The notes beneath the pieces are model-generated. The model saw nothing but the letters and a program-made list of their open reading frames with translations. It was not told the DNA's origin and ran no database searches. The translations under genes were made by a program, and so were the position numbers. From the NCBI GenBank assembly GCA_963662275.1, contig OY759316.1, positions 3,072,001 through 3,136,000 of the forward strand: 64,000 nucleotides of DNA, given 5' to 3'. Origin of the DNA: Candidatus Cloacimonadales bacterium (GTDB lineage Bacteria > Cloacimonadota > Cloacimonadia > Cloacimonadales > DAONDQ01). Below, piece after piece: positions 52,494 through 63,461 of the stretch. The first letter of the stretch is position 1, and every line of letters begins with the position of its first letter.

Positions 52494-55466
52494 TCAATAT
52501 TTTATCCTCTCCATCCCATTTATCGATTCATACACCTGTTTCATCAAGGTCTTGCTGATGATCTTCCTGTAATCCTCATCATCAAAATACTTCTGCGCTA
52601 TCGTTTGGTTCTGGTCTAAACGATTGATGAACAGATCTTCCAACTGTTTGGCAAAGACAATCCCGAAGTTTTCCATCGAATTCACTATCGCTGCCTGTCG
52701 TAGCATTTCATTGGAGATAGCATCTTCTTTTAATGAATCGAAGAACAACTGATCACCAGGAGTAAAATTCGTACCAAACCTCTCATTCAGGATATCTATC
52801 AGTTCTGAAAGTTCTACAGTCTCATCTTTGATTCTTCCCGTACCTGTTTCCAATGGACCGGATACTTCTCCACCCTTCCCGGCTTCCAAAGGAATCATTC
52901 CATCCATGATCTTCTGGATGCGATAATACTTTAAAGCCACTTCTTCATCAAAATTATAGGAAGGTCCATCAGGATCACGAGGAAGTTTAGGAATCAGGAA
53001 GCGAACATAAGCGTACAACTTCTCTAAATCAGAATCCTGGAACGGTATGATTTGTGACATAAATGAATATAGGTTACGGAAGGCAGTCAGACTTTTTTTG
53101 AAATCATCCTGTTCTTCAGTTTCCAGATCCATGAAGCGTTCCACTGCTGTATCTAAGCAGCTATTCAACCTGGCATGGTCTTGAGGCGTATGTAACTTCA
53201 CAGGTTTGAAGTATGTCCTTGCAAATTCTTCAACCTCATCATGATATATGACCTGCACATGTTCGAGCTTGGCTTTCAGCTCATAAAGTCTATGCACATC
53301 GACTCTTTCACCGACATCCGTTCTCTCATAATATGGTTGAAAAGCCTTCGCTATTGCTTCGGCATCATTATAGAAATCAAGAATGAAGGTATCTTCCTTA
53401 CCCGAGTGGATTCGATTCAAGCGTGACAGGGTCTGTACCGCCTGGATTCCATCCAATCTTTTATCCACATACATCGTATGTAATAGAGGCTGGTCAAATC
53501 CAGTCTGGTATTTCTCTGCCACCAGCAATACCTGGTAATCATCAGAACCGAAATGTTCAGGCAATTCCTTTTCCTTCATACCATTATTCATACCGGATTC
53601 AGTATAAGTTAAGGAAGGAAAATCAGGGTCAATGACTTCACCTGAGAAAGCCACCAAGGTCTTGATATCGTCATAGCCTTTCTCATGCAGATACCTGTCA
53701 AATTCCAGCTTATACTTCACAGCATGCAATCGGGAGGAAGTAACTACCATTGCCTTTGCTTTACCACCGATCTTATTCTTGGTATGAGCACGGAAATGTT
53801 CGACAATCACTTCTATCTTTTGGGAAATATTAACTGGATGCAAACTCATGAACCTTGCCAGAGCTTTAGCAGCTTTGTGCTTATCCACTTCAGGATCATC
53901 TGCAATGGATTTGATAAGACCGAAATATGTTGCATATGTAGTGTAATTCTTTAGAACATCCAGTATGAATCCTTCTTCAATTGCCTGTCTCATGCTGTAA
54001 AGATGATAGCATACAGGTTTTCCATCTGTACCAGGAATACCGAATACTTCTAATGTCTTATATTTCGGTGTAGCAGTAAAGGCAAAGAAACTGATATTGG
54101 GCTGCTTTCCCCTGCTTGCCATAATGCGATTGATCTCATCTTCACTGTCTGAGACTTCTTCATTTTCATTACCTTTTGTGCCTAAAACTCCTTTCAAGTC
54201 AGTAGCTCTTTCTCCACTTTGGGAACTATGTGCTTCATCGATAATGACTGCATATTTCCTCATGGGCAAATCACCGACTTTCTCTGTCACAAAAGGAAAC
54301 TTCTGCAACGTTGTGATGATGATTGATACACCACTTTTCAAAGCATCTGCCAATTGTGTGGAATTCTCATCTATCTTCTGCACTACACCCTGTTTATGTT
54401 CAAACTGATAGATGGTATCCTGCAACTGCTGATCAAGTACCAATCTGTCTGTAACCACAATCACCGAATCGAATATCCTTTCATCGGCATCATTATGCAA
54501 ACTAGCTAAGCGATGTGTCAGCCAGGCAATGGTATTACTCTTACCGCTGCCTGCTGAATGCTGAACCAGGTAATTCTTCCCACAGCCCACTTTGTAGGCA
54601 TCGCTCAAAATCTTTCTTACACAATCCAGTTGATGATAACGTGGAAATATCAGTCTTTCTTTGCGAATTGTCCTTGTTTTCAAAGCCTTTTCTTCCACCT
54701 GCAAATGCAGGAAGCGGGCTAAAATCTCCATCAGGCTGTCTCTTTGGAATGACTCCTCCCACAAATAGGCAGTCTTATGACCAATAGGATTAGGCGGATT
54801 CCCCTTACCATTCTGATATCCTTTATTGAAAGGCAGGAAATGAGTCTCTTTCCCTGAAAGACGGGTCGTCATATATACTTCATCGGGATCAACAGCAAAA
54901 TGAGCAAGGGTACGCTTCTTGAACTGAAAAAGCAATTCATTTGGTTCTCTGTCATATTTGTATTGGTTAACCGCATTGACCCATGTCTGATGTGTGAGAT
55001 GATTCTTCAATTCCATGGTAATGATGGGAATACCGTTCAGACTGATGACCATATCCAGACTGTTATTGTTCTTCTCAGAATATACAAGCTGTCTTGTTAA
55101 TCCAAGAATATTGGCATTATATAGCTTCTGAATTTCGGGATTCAACCCGCTCACTGGGGCAAAGTATGCCATTCGTAAAGTACGACCATAGCATTTGAAC
55201 CCATGCCGAAGCACATACAGACAGCCCTCATGTTCGCTATTCAGAGCTTTGCATAGATCATCAATAACGATATTGGCTGTTCTTTCTTTATGCAGGTTTT
55301 CCAGGTATGTCCATTCTGGAGGCTGAGTGGTTTGAATGAATGAAATCACTTGCTCCGGGAATAACGCTTTTACTTTATCATAACTTTCCGGTGCAATACA
55401 AGTATAACCATGAGTAAGGAAATGCTCTTCAATGCAGGATTCAAAGACAATTTCTTTATAATTCAT
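52494..55466 (-). CDS. hsdR: Type I restriction enzyme R subunit
   Basis: Nuclease motif MELKN, plus HSAGSGKS, IIDEAHSSQ, FTATPK, QTGFDQP and QTLSRLNR. Confidence 0.95.
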   Translation of the reverse strand: MNYKEIVFESCIEEHFLTHGYTCIAPESYDKVKALFPEQVISFIQTTQPPEWTYLENLHKERTANIVIDDLCKALNSEHEGCLYVLRHGFKCYGRTLRMAYFAPVSGLNPEIQKLYNANILGLTRQLVYSEKNNNSLDMVISLNGIPIITMELKNHLTHQTWVNAVNQYKYDREPNELLFQFKKRTLAHFAVDPDEVYMTTRLSGKETHFLPFNKGYQNGKGNPPNPIGHKTAYLWEESFQRDSLMEILARFLHLQVEEKALKTRTIRKERLIFPRYHQLDCVRKILSDAYKVGCGKNYLVQHSAGSGKSNTIAWLTHRLASLHNDADERIFDSVIVVTDRLVLDQQLQDTIYQFEHKQGVVQKIDENSTQLADALKSGVSIIITTLQKFPFVTEKVGDLPMRKYAVIIDEAHSSQSGERATDLKGVLGTKGNENEEVSDSEDEINRIMASRGKQPNISFFAFTATPKYKTLEVFGIPGTDGKPVCYHLYSMRQAIEEGFILDVLKNYTTYATYFGLIKSIADDPEVDKHKAAKALARFMSLHPVNISQKIEVIVEHFRAHTKNKIGGKAKAMVVTSSRLHAVKYKLEFDRYLHEKGYDDIKTLVAFSGEVIDPDFPSLTYTESGMNNGMKEKELPEHFGSDDYQVLLVAEKYQTGFDQPLLHTMYVDKRLDGIQAVQTLSRLNRIHSGKEDTFILDFYNDAEAIAKAFQPYYERTDVGERVDVHRLYELKAKLEHVQVIYHDEVEEFARTYFKPVKLHTPQDHARLNSCLDTAVERFMDLETEEQDDFKKSLTAFRNLYSFMSQIIPFQDSDLEKLYAYVRFLIPKLPRDPDGPSYNFDEEVALKYYRIQKIMDGMIPLEAGKGGEVSGPLETGTGRIKDETVELSELIDILNERFGTNFTPGDQLFFDSLKEDAISNEMLRQAAIVNSMENFGIVFAKQLEDLFINRLDQNQTIAQKYFDDEDYRKIISKTLMKQVYESINGMERIKY

Positions 55467-55485
55467 CAAAATCCACCCCTATGAG

Positions 55486-55555
55486 TTTGTGTTGGCTATT
55501 CGAACCACAAAATAGTTTGTGGTTCGTAAAATGGCATTTCGTGCAACACAAGATG
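55486..55555. repeat. ~70 bp nested-palindrome repeat, copy 1
   Basis: TTTGTGTTG..CGAACCACAAAATAGTTTGTGGTTCG..CAACACAA. Confidence 0.85.
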
Positions 55556-55583
55556 GTTTGTATCGCACAAATGCAACACAAAC

Positions 55584-56684
55584 TTATTTAATAATGTCTA
55601 ACAATTCTGAAAAAACGTATATACCTGGTTTTCTTCCAGTCGATTTTCTAATTTCTTTCAAGAATTCGTATTTGTGTAATACATTCAGTATCTTATGAGT
55701 AGTATATTTAGGAGTATTCGCAATCTTCTGGAATTGGCTACTTGTGATATATGGATTCTTGAATAAAGCATCAATTGCTTGCGTTGAATAACTTGAATTA
55801 GCAATTTTGGGTAACTCTATCTTCATTTTCTCATAAAGGTTGAGTATCGCCTTAACTTTAATCGAATTCGATTCAGCTTGGTTATGTACAGCAATTAGGA
55901 AAAACTCTATCCATTCATCCCATTGCCCCTTTTCGGAAATACCCTTTAATCTTCTATAATATTCCTCACGATTGCTTTCAAAATATGAACTAAGGTAGAA
56001 CATAGGTTTTGATAAAAGACCTTTATTATAAAGAAAAAGAGGAATAAGAATTCTTCCAATTCTTCCATTTCCATCAAGGAAAGGATGAATGATTTCAAAT
56101 TGTGCTTTGACAACAGCCATTTGTACTAAAGTATCTTTTTCATCAGAGTGGATATACTTTTCCCAATTATCCAATGAATTCGTCATGATATCGGGAGATG
56201 GCGGAACATAAGTTGCGTTTTCAAGCTTAGCACCTTGAACACCGATATAGTTCTGAATCCTTCGAAACTCACCTGGAGCTTTGTTATTTCCTCTCACGCT
56301 ATCCAACAAAATTGCATGTATTTCTTTAATGACATTAAGAGTTAATGGGTGAGTATCAAGCCTATTAACCGCATATCCTATCGCTTTTGTATAATTATGA
56401 ATCTCTTGAATATCATTCTTTTGGGTAATAGAGATTGCAGGATCAGGACTAGCATCATATTCGAGAACTTCATCAAGAGTCGCAAGAGTGCCTTCAATCA
56501 TTGAAGAAAGTACTGCTTCTTGCGTCGTTAATGGAGATAATAGTAGATTTGGATTTACAATACTATGGAGTAACCCATCATATCGAGCCAAAGAAGCATT
56601 CGCTTTACCAATATTACTTACATGAGATATCCAATCAATTGAATCTAAAGGTAAACTATCAGGAATATACGGCTTCATGCTCAT
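55584..56684 (-). CDS. Fic family protein with a probable C-terminal wHTH
   Basis: Fic motif HPFLDGNGRIGR and N-terminal SSMIEG. Confidence 0.93.
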   Translation of the reverse strand: MSMKPYIPDSLPLDSIDWISHVSNIGKANASLARYDGLLHSIVNPNLLLSPLTTQEAVLSSMIEGTLATLDEVLEYDASPDPAISITQKNDIQEIHNYTKAIGYAVNRLDTHPLTLNVIKEIHAILLDSVRGNNKAPGEFRRIQNYIGVQGAKLENATYVPPSPDIMTNSLDNWEKYIHSDEKDTLVQMAVVKAQFEIIHPFLDGNGRIGRILIPLFLYNKGLLSKPMFYLSSYFESNREEYYRRLKGISEKGQWDEWIEFFLIAVHNQAESNSIKVKAILNLYEKMKIELPKIANSSYSTQAIDALFKNPYITSSQFQKIANTPKYTTHKILNVLHKYEFLKEIRKSTGRKPGIYVFSELLDIIK

Positions 56685-56700
56685 CCTCCATCATAGCTTT

Positions 56701-56770
56701 TTTGTGTTGCATATTCGAACCACAAAATAGTTTGTGGTTCGAATAATGGCATTTCATGCAACACAAAATG
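56701..56770. repeat. ~70 bp nested-palindrome repeat, copy 2
   Basis: Direct repeat of 55486-55555 with about 6 mismatches. Confidence 0.85.
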
Positions 56771-57551
56771 CAATTACCAGTAGCATTGTCAATTTATTAA
56801 TCGCAAAACTATCATATATTATTTAGAGATTATATGGTTTACGCACATCCTGTTACATAAACTCATTTATCTAATTAACAAAGAGTTACGCCATACAATA
56901 AAGGCATATTATTTTATCAAATTACATAAACTGAATGCCATGTAAGAATCTAAATCGAATTTTTCTATGATTGCGTTTCTTATATTTTGAGGTGCACTTA
57001 TTAGCATAAAGTGCTTCACTAATTTATTTGTGAAGCACAGGTGCTCCACAAACTTATCTACTATCGCATTTTAAAACTTAAGAAAATCAGAGAAACAGAA
57101 GGACTAATTGAGTTGAATTTTTAGCTCTCTGAGCAAGTTGAATGTATTAATATGTCTTACTCCGAACCGATCGCAAATAGAAGGAATCTTTACTTTCCCT
57201 TTTCTTTTATCGTTCTCTTCTGTTACTAATGTAGCATTATAAGCTTTCGCGAAAGCGATGATCCAACTATCAGAAACACGTGCAAATTCATCTTTGGCAA
57301 TGCGCGAATAGTTCTGACTCTCAACAAAAGAGATAATCTCTGCATAATTATAAAGAACAGTTGCATCATCAGTCTTAATAAAGTAAGATTCAAAATGGTT
57401 TTTAACCCAATTCATCAACCAATCAGGTTTATCGTGGTCTTTTGGATCATGTCCTTTGTTTATTTCATCTTGAACCTGAATGCATATTCCGCTCAGAAAA
57501 GCCACCTTGTCCGATTAAGTTGAGCCAGTGCTCCACTATAATTGAGCCATA

Positions 57552-58457
57552 CTATATTGTCTTTTTGAGCCACACTACGTATCTGATCGCCATATAACAT
57601 AATATCTGCAGTGTTTGGCAAGATTCTGTTCCGGCTGCTGCGGAGAGAGGACGTAGTCCGAGCGAAGCAGCAGCCGGAACGTTGCGCCTAATGGGCAATA
57701 GGCTATTTTCTATTGATTTGTTTATTCCCTTGCGTTCTCTCATTGACATCTTCCCATCGATAAATATATGGTGAGAGTTATGAACAAGCCGGTCAAGGAT
57801 GGCATCAGCGAGAGTGGGTTGTCCAATCTTCTCGTGCCATCCTCCGGTTTTGAACTGAGAGCACAAGACCGTAGATGCTTTGGAATACCTCATCTCGACT
57901 ATTTCAAAGAGATCTTTAGCTTCCTGTTCGTTTATCCTGGTTAACAGCCATTCATCAAGTATCAGCAGTTTAGCATTGGCATATCTGTCTATGACTCTTT
58001 GATGCCCGCCTTCACAACGGCTAACAGCGAGGTCATCCAACAGTTCAGGCAGGCGGACGTATTTTACAGTGAAGTATTTCTTGCAGGCAGCTATGCCAAA
58101 TGCGCAAGCCAGCCATGTTTTACCGCTTCCCGATGCTCCGGTGATGATGATATTCTCATTCTCTCCAATAAAAGAACATGACGCCAATTCAACGATTGCA
58201 CTACGATCAAGTTTCCTGTCTTCATGGTAGTCAATATCTGCTATACTCGCATTACTGAACTTGAAGCCGGCACCGTGAATCAGACGTTTAAGCCTATTAT
58301 TCTTGCGCTTATCCCATTCTATATCAACCAGCATGCCAAAGCGCTCGTCAAAGCTGTAGTTTTCCAGTGATTTATCGTTAACCTGATTTCGGTAGGCATC
58401 TGCCATGCCATTTAACAGCATCTCTCGAAGTTTAATGATAGTAGTATTATTAGTCAT
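57552..58457 (-). CDS. istB: IS21 helper ATPase IstB
   Basis: Motifs GASGSGKT, LLILDEW and ADAILDRLVH. Confidence 0.93.
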   Translation of the reverse strand: MTNNTTIIKLREMLLNGMADAYRNQVNDKSLENYSFDERFGMLVDIEWDKRKNNRLKRLIHGAGFKFSNASIADIDYHEDRKLDRSAIVELASCSFIGENENIIITGASGSGKTWLACAFGIAACKKYFTVKYVRLPELLDDLAVSRCEGGHQRVIDRYANAKLLILDEWLLTRINEQEAKDLFEIVEMRYSKASTVLCSQFKTGGWHEKIGQPTLADAILDRLVHNSHHIFIDGKMSMRERKGINKSIENSLLPIRRNVPAAASLGLRPLSAAAGTESCQTLQILCYMAIRYVVWLKKTI

Positions 58458-60002
58458 TTTCGTTTCTCCCGTAGTAACCTGATTCCCGGCTGATGGCATA
58501 CTCTGAGCTTTGCACCGCTTCAGCATCATTATCGGTGCTTCTCTTCTGTTCATTTGAGTTTAGAATAGTCTTGATGATTCTGTAACTCGGATTTGGCGTA
58601 TAGCTTAATGCTCGTTGACAGGCACTTTCCAAATTTTGACAGCCATACTTTTTTGAAGCGCTTAGCACAGCCATGCAAGTGCGATAACCTTGCTGTTCAA
58701 CCCTGCATGATCCCAGGATTGACTTGATTACCAACTCAGTGCTTGTTCCAATAGTACAAGCCCAGTCAACAAAACTTTCTGCATCCCATTTACGGTATTC
58801 CTGATGATCCCTGGGCATATGCTCGGCATTGGTCTGATATCGCTCAGAGTTTCCCTCCAAGCCCCTGGGGGAGGCTATTCTGACTGAATTGTAAAAGACC
58901 TCCACCACCCTGGCGGTTAGGCGAATATCCACTTTGTGGTGGATATATTCATAAGGCACTGAATAATACTTCTTATCAACCATAATGTGATAGTTGTAAC
59001 CAACCGTTGCTGTAGCCCATGTAGCCAGTTCATAAGCCGCCTCCGGCAAGGGAAGCAGCTGCTCTCGTTCTTCTTGCCAAAATACGCTTTCACGGGAGCC
59101 ATCTTTGACCTGGAAAGGCTGAAAGGCTTACTGTTAAATTCAGCCAACTTTTCCCTGATTGCCTTATTGAGTTCTCTAAGCGAGAAGAAACTCCTGTTGC
59201 GAAGAGCAGCCAGAATCCAGGTCGAGATAATACCTACTGTCCCTTCAGCACTTGCCTTATCCTTGGGATGCCTGACCCTGGCAGGGATGACCACTGTATT
59301 GTAGTAATTAGCCAGTTCATTATATGTCCTGTTGATTACACTGCCTCCACTGGATACCCGCTCCACACCAGTCTTGAGGTTGTCAGGTACCAGTATTTTT
59401 GCCACTCCGCTCATATATTGAAAACAGTTTACATGAGCCTGAATCCAGTTACACAGACTCATATTGGGAAGTGCTTCAACATAAGCATAGCCACTATAGG
59501 GCAAAACAGCGACAAAGACTGGAACTTTAAGCTGTGCCCCGGTAAGATTGTTTGTCAAATACGCAGATTGACCTGCCCAATCAACCTCAAGCTTCTCACC
59601 CGGCTTGTGATGAATGCGCATGGTTGCCTTGGTTTGATGAGCATATTCCGTGTAAAGCTCGCAGAATCGACTGTATTGATAGGGTATCGTCTGATTCTGA
59701 CGGCATAACTCCGAATATTCATGCCATAACAACGACAAGGTTACACCGCTTTTACCCAATTCCTTGTGAATATGCTCAAAATCAGGCATCCTGCGACAAC
59801 CTTCGATATTTACAATGGGAAATAGCATCTTCCCCAATTCCCTGTCACTAATTGTATCAGAAATTGGCCAGAAAACAGCTTGTTGGGCTGCTGCCCTCAG
59901 CACCTTGGATACGGTATTGCGGGAGCACGGCAGGCTTTGAGCAATATTCCTTTCACTAATTCCTTGCGCCTGTAAACGCAAGATTTCTCGATAATTGGTC
60001 AT
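58450..60002 (-). pseudogene. istA: IS21 transposase IstA, frameshifted
   Basis: Two ORFs (58917-60002 and 58450-59049) with motifs EVDWAG, VPDNLK and PKDKASAEG. An 8-bp duplication lies at 59113-59128. Confidence 0.9.
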
Positions 60003-60313
60003 TTTGTGACCTCCATTGTGTTATTTGCGCTCTTCAGCGCATTGCCACATGGTTAATCACACTCTGATTTATGCAAGGTGGCTCAAAGTAGAATATTCCC
60101 TGGCTCAATTATAGTGGAGCACTGGCTCAACTTGGGAATACTCATGGCTCAAATTCATAATATTATTCACCTGAACAATGCTTACAACCTTATTTTCCTG
60201 AGCATGACTCAAAATCTTACTCCAAAATCCTGGTGCTATATCATGAGCATAATACCGCTGATGGGCAGTCATGAGAACATTAGAATCCATTACGTAATAT
60301 GCTTGGTCAGACA

Positions 60314-61462
60314 TCAATTTGACTCATGAACTTTATCTGCAAAAGAGTTAAAAGATGCACCGTAGAGTCCTGTTAAACGATAGGCATCAATATATTGCAG
60401 ATCACCTACATGTACAGCATCCACAACAGCTTTCATAAAACGTACCCCAACTTTAAGCCCTTGATTGAGATAGAAATCTCCCCCACTCGCCTTATGTTCT
60501 TTTGTATGTGGTAAATTGGTAATATGGCTTTCATAGAATTGAAAGAATTCACTCTTTGTGATAAACCCGCAATCCAATAGTCTTCTTGCCACTACAATTT
60601 CACTTACCTTGTATTTCCTGGCGATATTCTCATACATATCATCATTATGATCAATCACGTTCCAAAAAGCTCTAAGACTCTCACTGGAAATTAGTAACTC
60701 AGCAGCTACCTGGTTACACAACTTTTCTGTTTCATTCTCAGCAGGAAGCAATTGTCTTAAATCAAAGGCTGCACTACTGCCAAACCAAACATGTGCCAAT
60801 TCATGCGCAATCGTGAACATCTGTGCTGCTTTGCTATCAGCATTATTGATAAAGATAAGTGGAGCATAATCATCAACCAGGACAAAGCCTCTGAATTCTT
60901 CAACATTCAAGGCTCTATGTGTATTATTCCCCACTACTCCATTCGCTACAACCAATATCCCTGCATTTTCAACAGCTCTTCTGAAATATCTCAAAGCGTC
61001 TATCCAGGTTTGGAACTCATCAGCCCAATCATCTGTCAAATGCAATACTTGTTTAATCCTACCTGCTATGATAGCTGGATTATCACCTTGCTTTGCAGAA
61101 CCAACGAAAGCTAATTTCTCAGCTTCATTCTCATACAAATATTCGTGCAGCCAAGCCTGTCTTCTTTGCATATCATAGACAGTATCAACTAATTCAGGAC
61201 TTGGCTTATAGGGCTTCTCATCTTTTATCGTGCGATAAAGATGAATGGGAGATTCTATTTGGGGTATTTGCTTCAGAAATAAATAACCAAAAGGGATATG
61301 AATGGTTTTAGCCAAATCCTCCAACTGAATATAGGTCGGTTCCTTTTCACCGGACAACCAATCCTGTATCAAAGGAAATTTAGACGACAGTTCCGTTGGT
61401 GTAAAATCATATCGATCCATACCCCATTTCAAAACATCTGTGTTGAAACTTACTTTCGCCAT
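60314..61462 (-). CDS. HTH + ImmA/IrrE (M78) metallopeptidase
   Basis: N-terminal XRE-like HTH and the HExxH motif FTIAHELAH. TGATG overlap with the PIN gene. Confidence 0.92.
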   Translation of the reverse strand: MAKVSFNTDVLKWGMDRYDFTPTELSSKFPLIQDWLSGEKEPTYIQLEDLAKTIHIPFGYLFLKQIPQIESPIHLYRTIKDEKPYKPSPELVDTVYDMQRRQAWLHEYLYENEAEKLAFVGSAKQGDNPAIIAGRIKQVLHLTDDWADEFQTWIDALRYFRRAVENAGILVVANGVVGNNTHRALNVEEFRGFVLVDDYAPLIFINNADSKAAQMFTIAHELAHVWFGSSAAFDLRQLLPAENETEKLCNQVAAELLISSESLRAFWNVIDHNDDMYENIARKYKVSEIVVARRLLDCGFITKSEFFQFYESHITNLPHTKEHKASGGDFYLNQGLKVGVRFMKAVVDAVHVGDLQYIDAYRLTGLYGASFNSFADKVHESN

Positions 61463-61781
61463 TTATTCCTCTTAGCTGTTATTGCTATTTCTGCTTTAAC
61501 TCATATTATGTAAAAAAATACTCAGCCTACTTCTCTTGTCAATTTCCATTTTGTGAAGATGTTCTATACATTATCAATTACCCGACTACTATCATACATT
61601 CTCATCTATCGGAGATGTCCCGAAACTAGCATGATTTTATTTTCTTCTGTTGTAAAATATGTGATTGTTTTTACAGGCAAACTAAATTACTCAATAGTTT
61701 CCGAAAAGCGATGCAAAGACAAGGAAAAACGGAGTAATATTTACCTAATTCATGTTTGAATTCTGGTAGGAAGAGTCTTCA

Positions 61782-63386
61782 TCAGGCTTTTCCTTCAGTA
61801 TTTTGTAAGTGCAGAAACATTTTCCCTATATTATGTCCTAAAAAGAGGAGGGATAACTGTTCCTTGCATTTTCTCAATGAACGGACAGTAAATCTCTCAA
61901 ACTTCCTGTTCCACTTCATGAAAGCAAATACAGCCTCCGGTTCGATGCCTCTTTGCTTTCTCAGCTTGTCGCCTTTTTCAGAAAGCAGATTATTGACGGT
62001 CTGACGTTTTAGTGGAGCTATATGAGGATCGTAGGTCAGTGATTTATGTGTTTTATCCTTGTAGGGAATACACTTTTTATTGTGAGGACATTCTCTGCAG
62101 TCATTACATATATAGGTTTTCACGATTCGTTTCGGACCGTTCTTCTCTGTCTCTTCTTCCTTGATTTTGACCAGTCTCCGATTAAATTGACAGACCCACT
62201 CATCATGCTCCTCATCATAGCTGAAGCCTGTCAGAAGAGAGTCCCGATAATCTCTCTTATAATCCTGGGTCTTGAGATAGCTTGTTATCTCTTTTTCAGC
62301 AGCATAATTCAAATTCAGCGCAGTGCCATAGGCAGCATCTCCAACAACGTCGGTAGGATATTGTCCCAATTCATCATGCATTTGCTCCATGAGATTGGGA
62401 AATTCAACGGTTTCTTTAGGGATATTGAATAAGTGAATGCCTGTGACAAATTGCTCTGAAGTTCCGATACTGGCAACATAACCCGGTGCCAGCTGTCCAT
62501 TTTTCAATCGCATAAATGTGGCATCATTATCAGTCTTGGATGTGCTGCTGCGTCCTTCTCCAATTATCTCAAGCTGTTGCTCATATTTCTCCAGCTTAGT
62601 TATATCATTGCTCTTTGATTTGGAGATTTCGCGCAAAAGAGATTTGATTTTCTTGATAGCCCGAGTATCTGACGGATGATTTTTCTGTAGTCGGGACATT
62701 GCTTCTTTCAGCTTGTTTTCTGCTGAGACCAGTCTATCTCTGATCTGTTCAGATGCGACTGTAGCAGTTTTCTCTGATTCAACCGCATGCAATTGCTCAC
62801 CAAGCTCAAGAAGATCAGCGGTTCCATATTGCTGTTGCTCTTCCTGATTATATTCCTCGATCTTTTTAAACAATCCCTCAACTCGTGTCTTGACCAGTTC
62901 CTGATAACGAAGCGCATTGCTTTTCCAGATGTAGGAATTCTTGCCGGCATTTGCGTGAATCGTCGTCCCGTCAACAAAACAGGTGTCGAGATCAAGATAT
63001 CCTAATGATGATGCTTTCAGTACTACCTGATAAAATACATCAATAAGAATATCAGAACACTTAGTCCAGGCAAAGGTGTTGATCGTTCTGAAATCAGGTT
63101 CCTGTTCTCCTGCCAGCCAGATAAAATTGATGTTCTCCCGAACAGCCTTAGCTATCTTCCGACAGGTATAAATACCATTGATATAGGCATACACAATGAT
63201 CTTCAACATCATCTTGGGATGATAAGCAGGTGTACCTTCATCAGAGTATCTTGAGTATAGCTCAGTTAAGTCCAGTTGCTCAATGATATCGTTAACATAA
63301 CGAACCATATGTTTGGGGGGTATTTTTTCGCTTATATTAAGCCCGAAAAGAGTACCCTGATCAAGGTTGTGTTCTCTGAAATTCAT
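61782..63386 (-). CDS. IS1182 family transposase
   Basis: Motifs YHPKMMLK, PDFRTI, FVDGTTIHANA, SKTDNDATFMR and RGIEPEAVF. Confidence 0.92.
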   Translation of the reverse strand: MNFREHNLDQGTLFGLNISEKIPPKHMVRYVNDIIEQLDLTELYSRYSDEGTPAYHPKMMLKIIVYAYINGIYTCRKIAKAVRENINFIWLAGEQEPDFRTINTFAWTKCSDILIDVFYQVVLKASSLGYLDLDTCFVDGTTIHANAGKNSYIWKSNALRYQELVKTRVEGLFKKIEEYNQEEQQQYGTADLLELGEQLHAVESEKTATVASEQIRDRLVSAENKLKEAMSRLQKNHPSDTRAIKKIKSLLREISKSKSNDITKLEKYEQQLEIIGEGRSSTSKTDNDATFMRLKNGQLAPGYVASIGTSEQFVTGIHLFNIPKETVEFPNLMEQMHDELGQYPTDVVGDAAYGTALNLNYAAEKEITSYLKTQDYKRDYRDSLLTGFSYDEEHDEWVCQFNRRLVKIKEEETEKNGPKRIVKTYICNDCRECPHNKKCIPYKDKTHKSLTYDPHIAPLKRQTVNNLLSEKGDKLRKQRGIEPEAVFAFMKWNRKFERFTVRSLRKCKEQLSLLFLGHNIGKMFLHLQNTEGKA

Positions 63387-63461
63387 AGTGTCTCTCTATA
63401 CTTAGTTTTTAAAGGCAATAATACACCATAGAACAATATGTCAAGATATATAACTAATTAC

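Larger units (their letters stand above)
57481..60169 (-). mobile_element. IS21 family element
   Basis: TG...CA ends, 6-bp TSD CCTGAA, a 33-bp subterminal inverted repeat with multiple TGAGCCA, and istA/istB genes. Confidence 0.93.
57104..60314 (-). pseudogene. DUF4411-like PIN-domain gene interrupted by IS21
   Basis: Removing the IS and one TSD joins MSDQAYYVMDSNV...VVSIVQ in frame to VQDEINKG...KIPSIC (171 aa). Confidence 0.88.

Noticed and set aside
57552..57720. Extended IstB C-terminus as a new domain
   Set aside because: It reads through the IS terminal hairpin and repeats, so it is probably incidental.
61612..63461. IS1182 element boundaries
   Set aside because: A candidate end GAGATGTCCCGAAA near 61612 has no partner in the window. 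The other end may be displaced by the IS4-like element.
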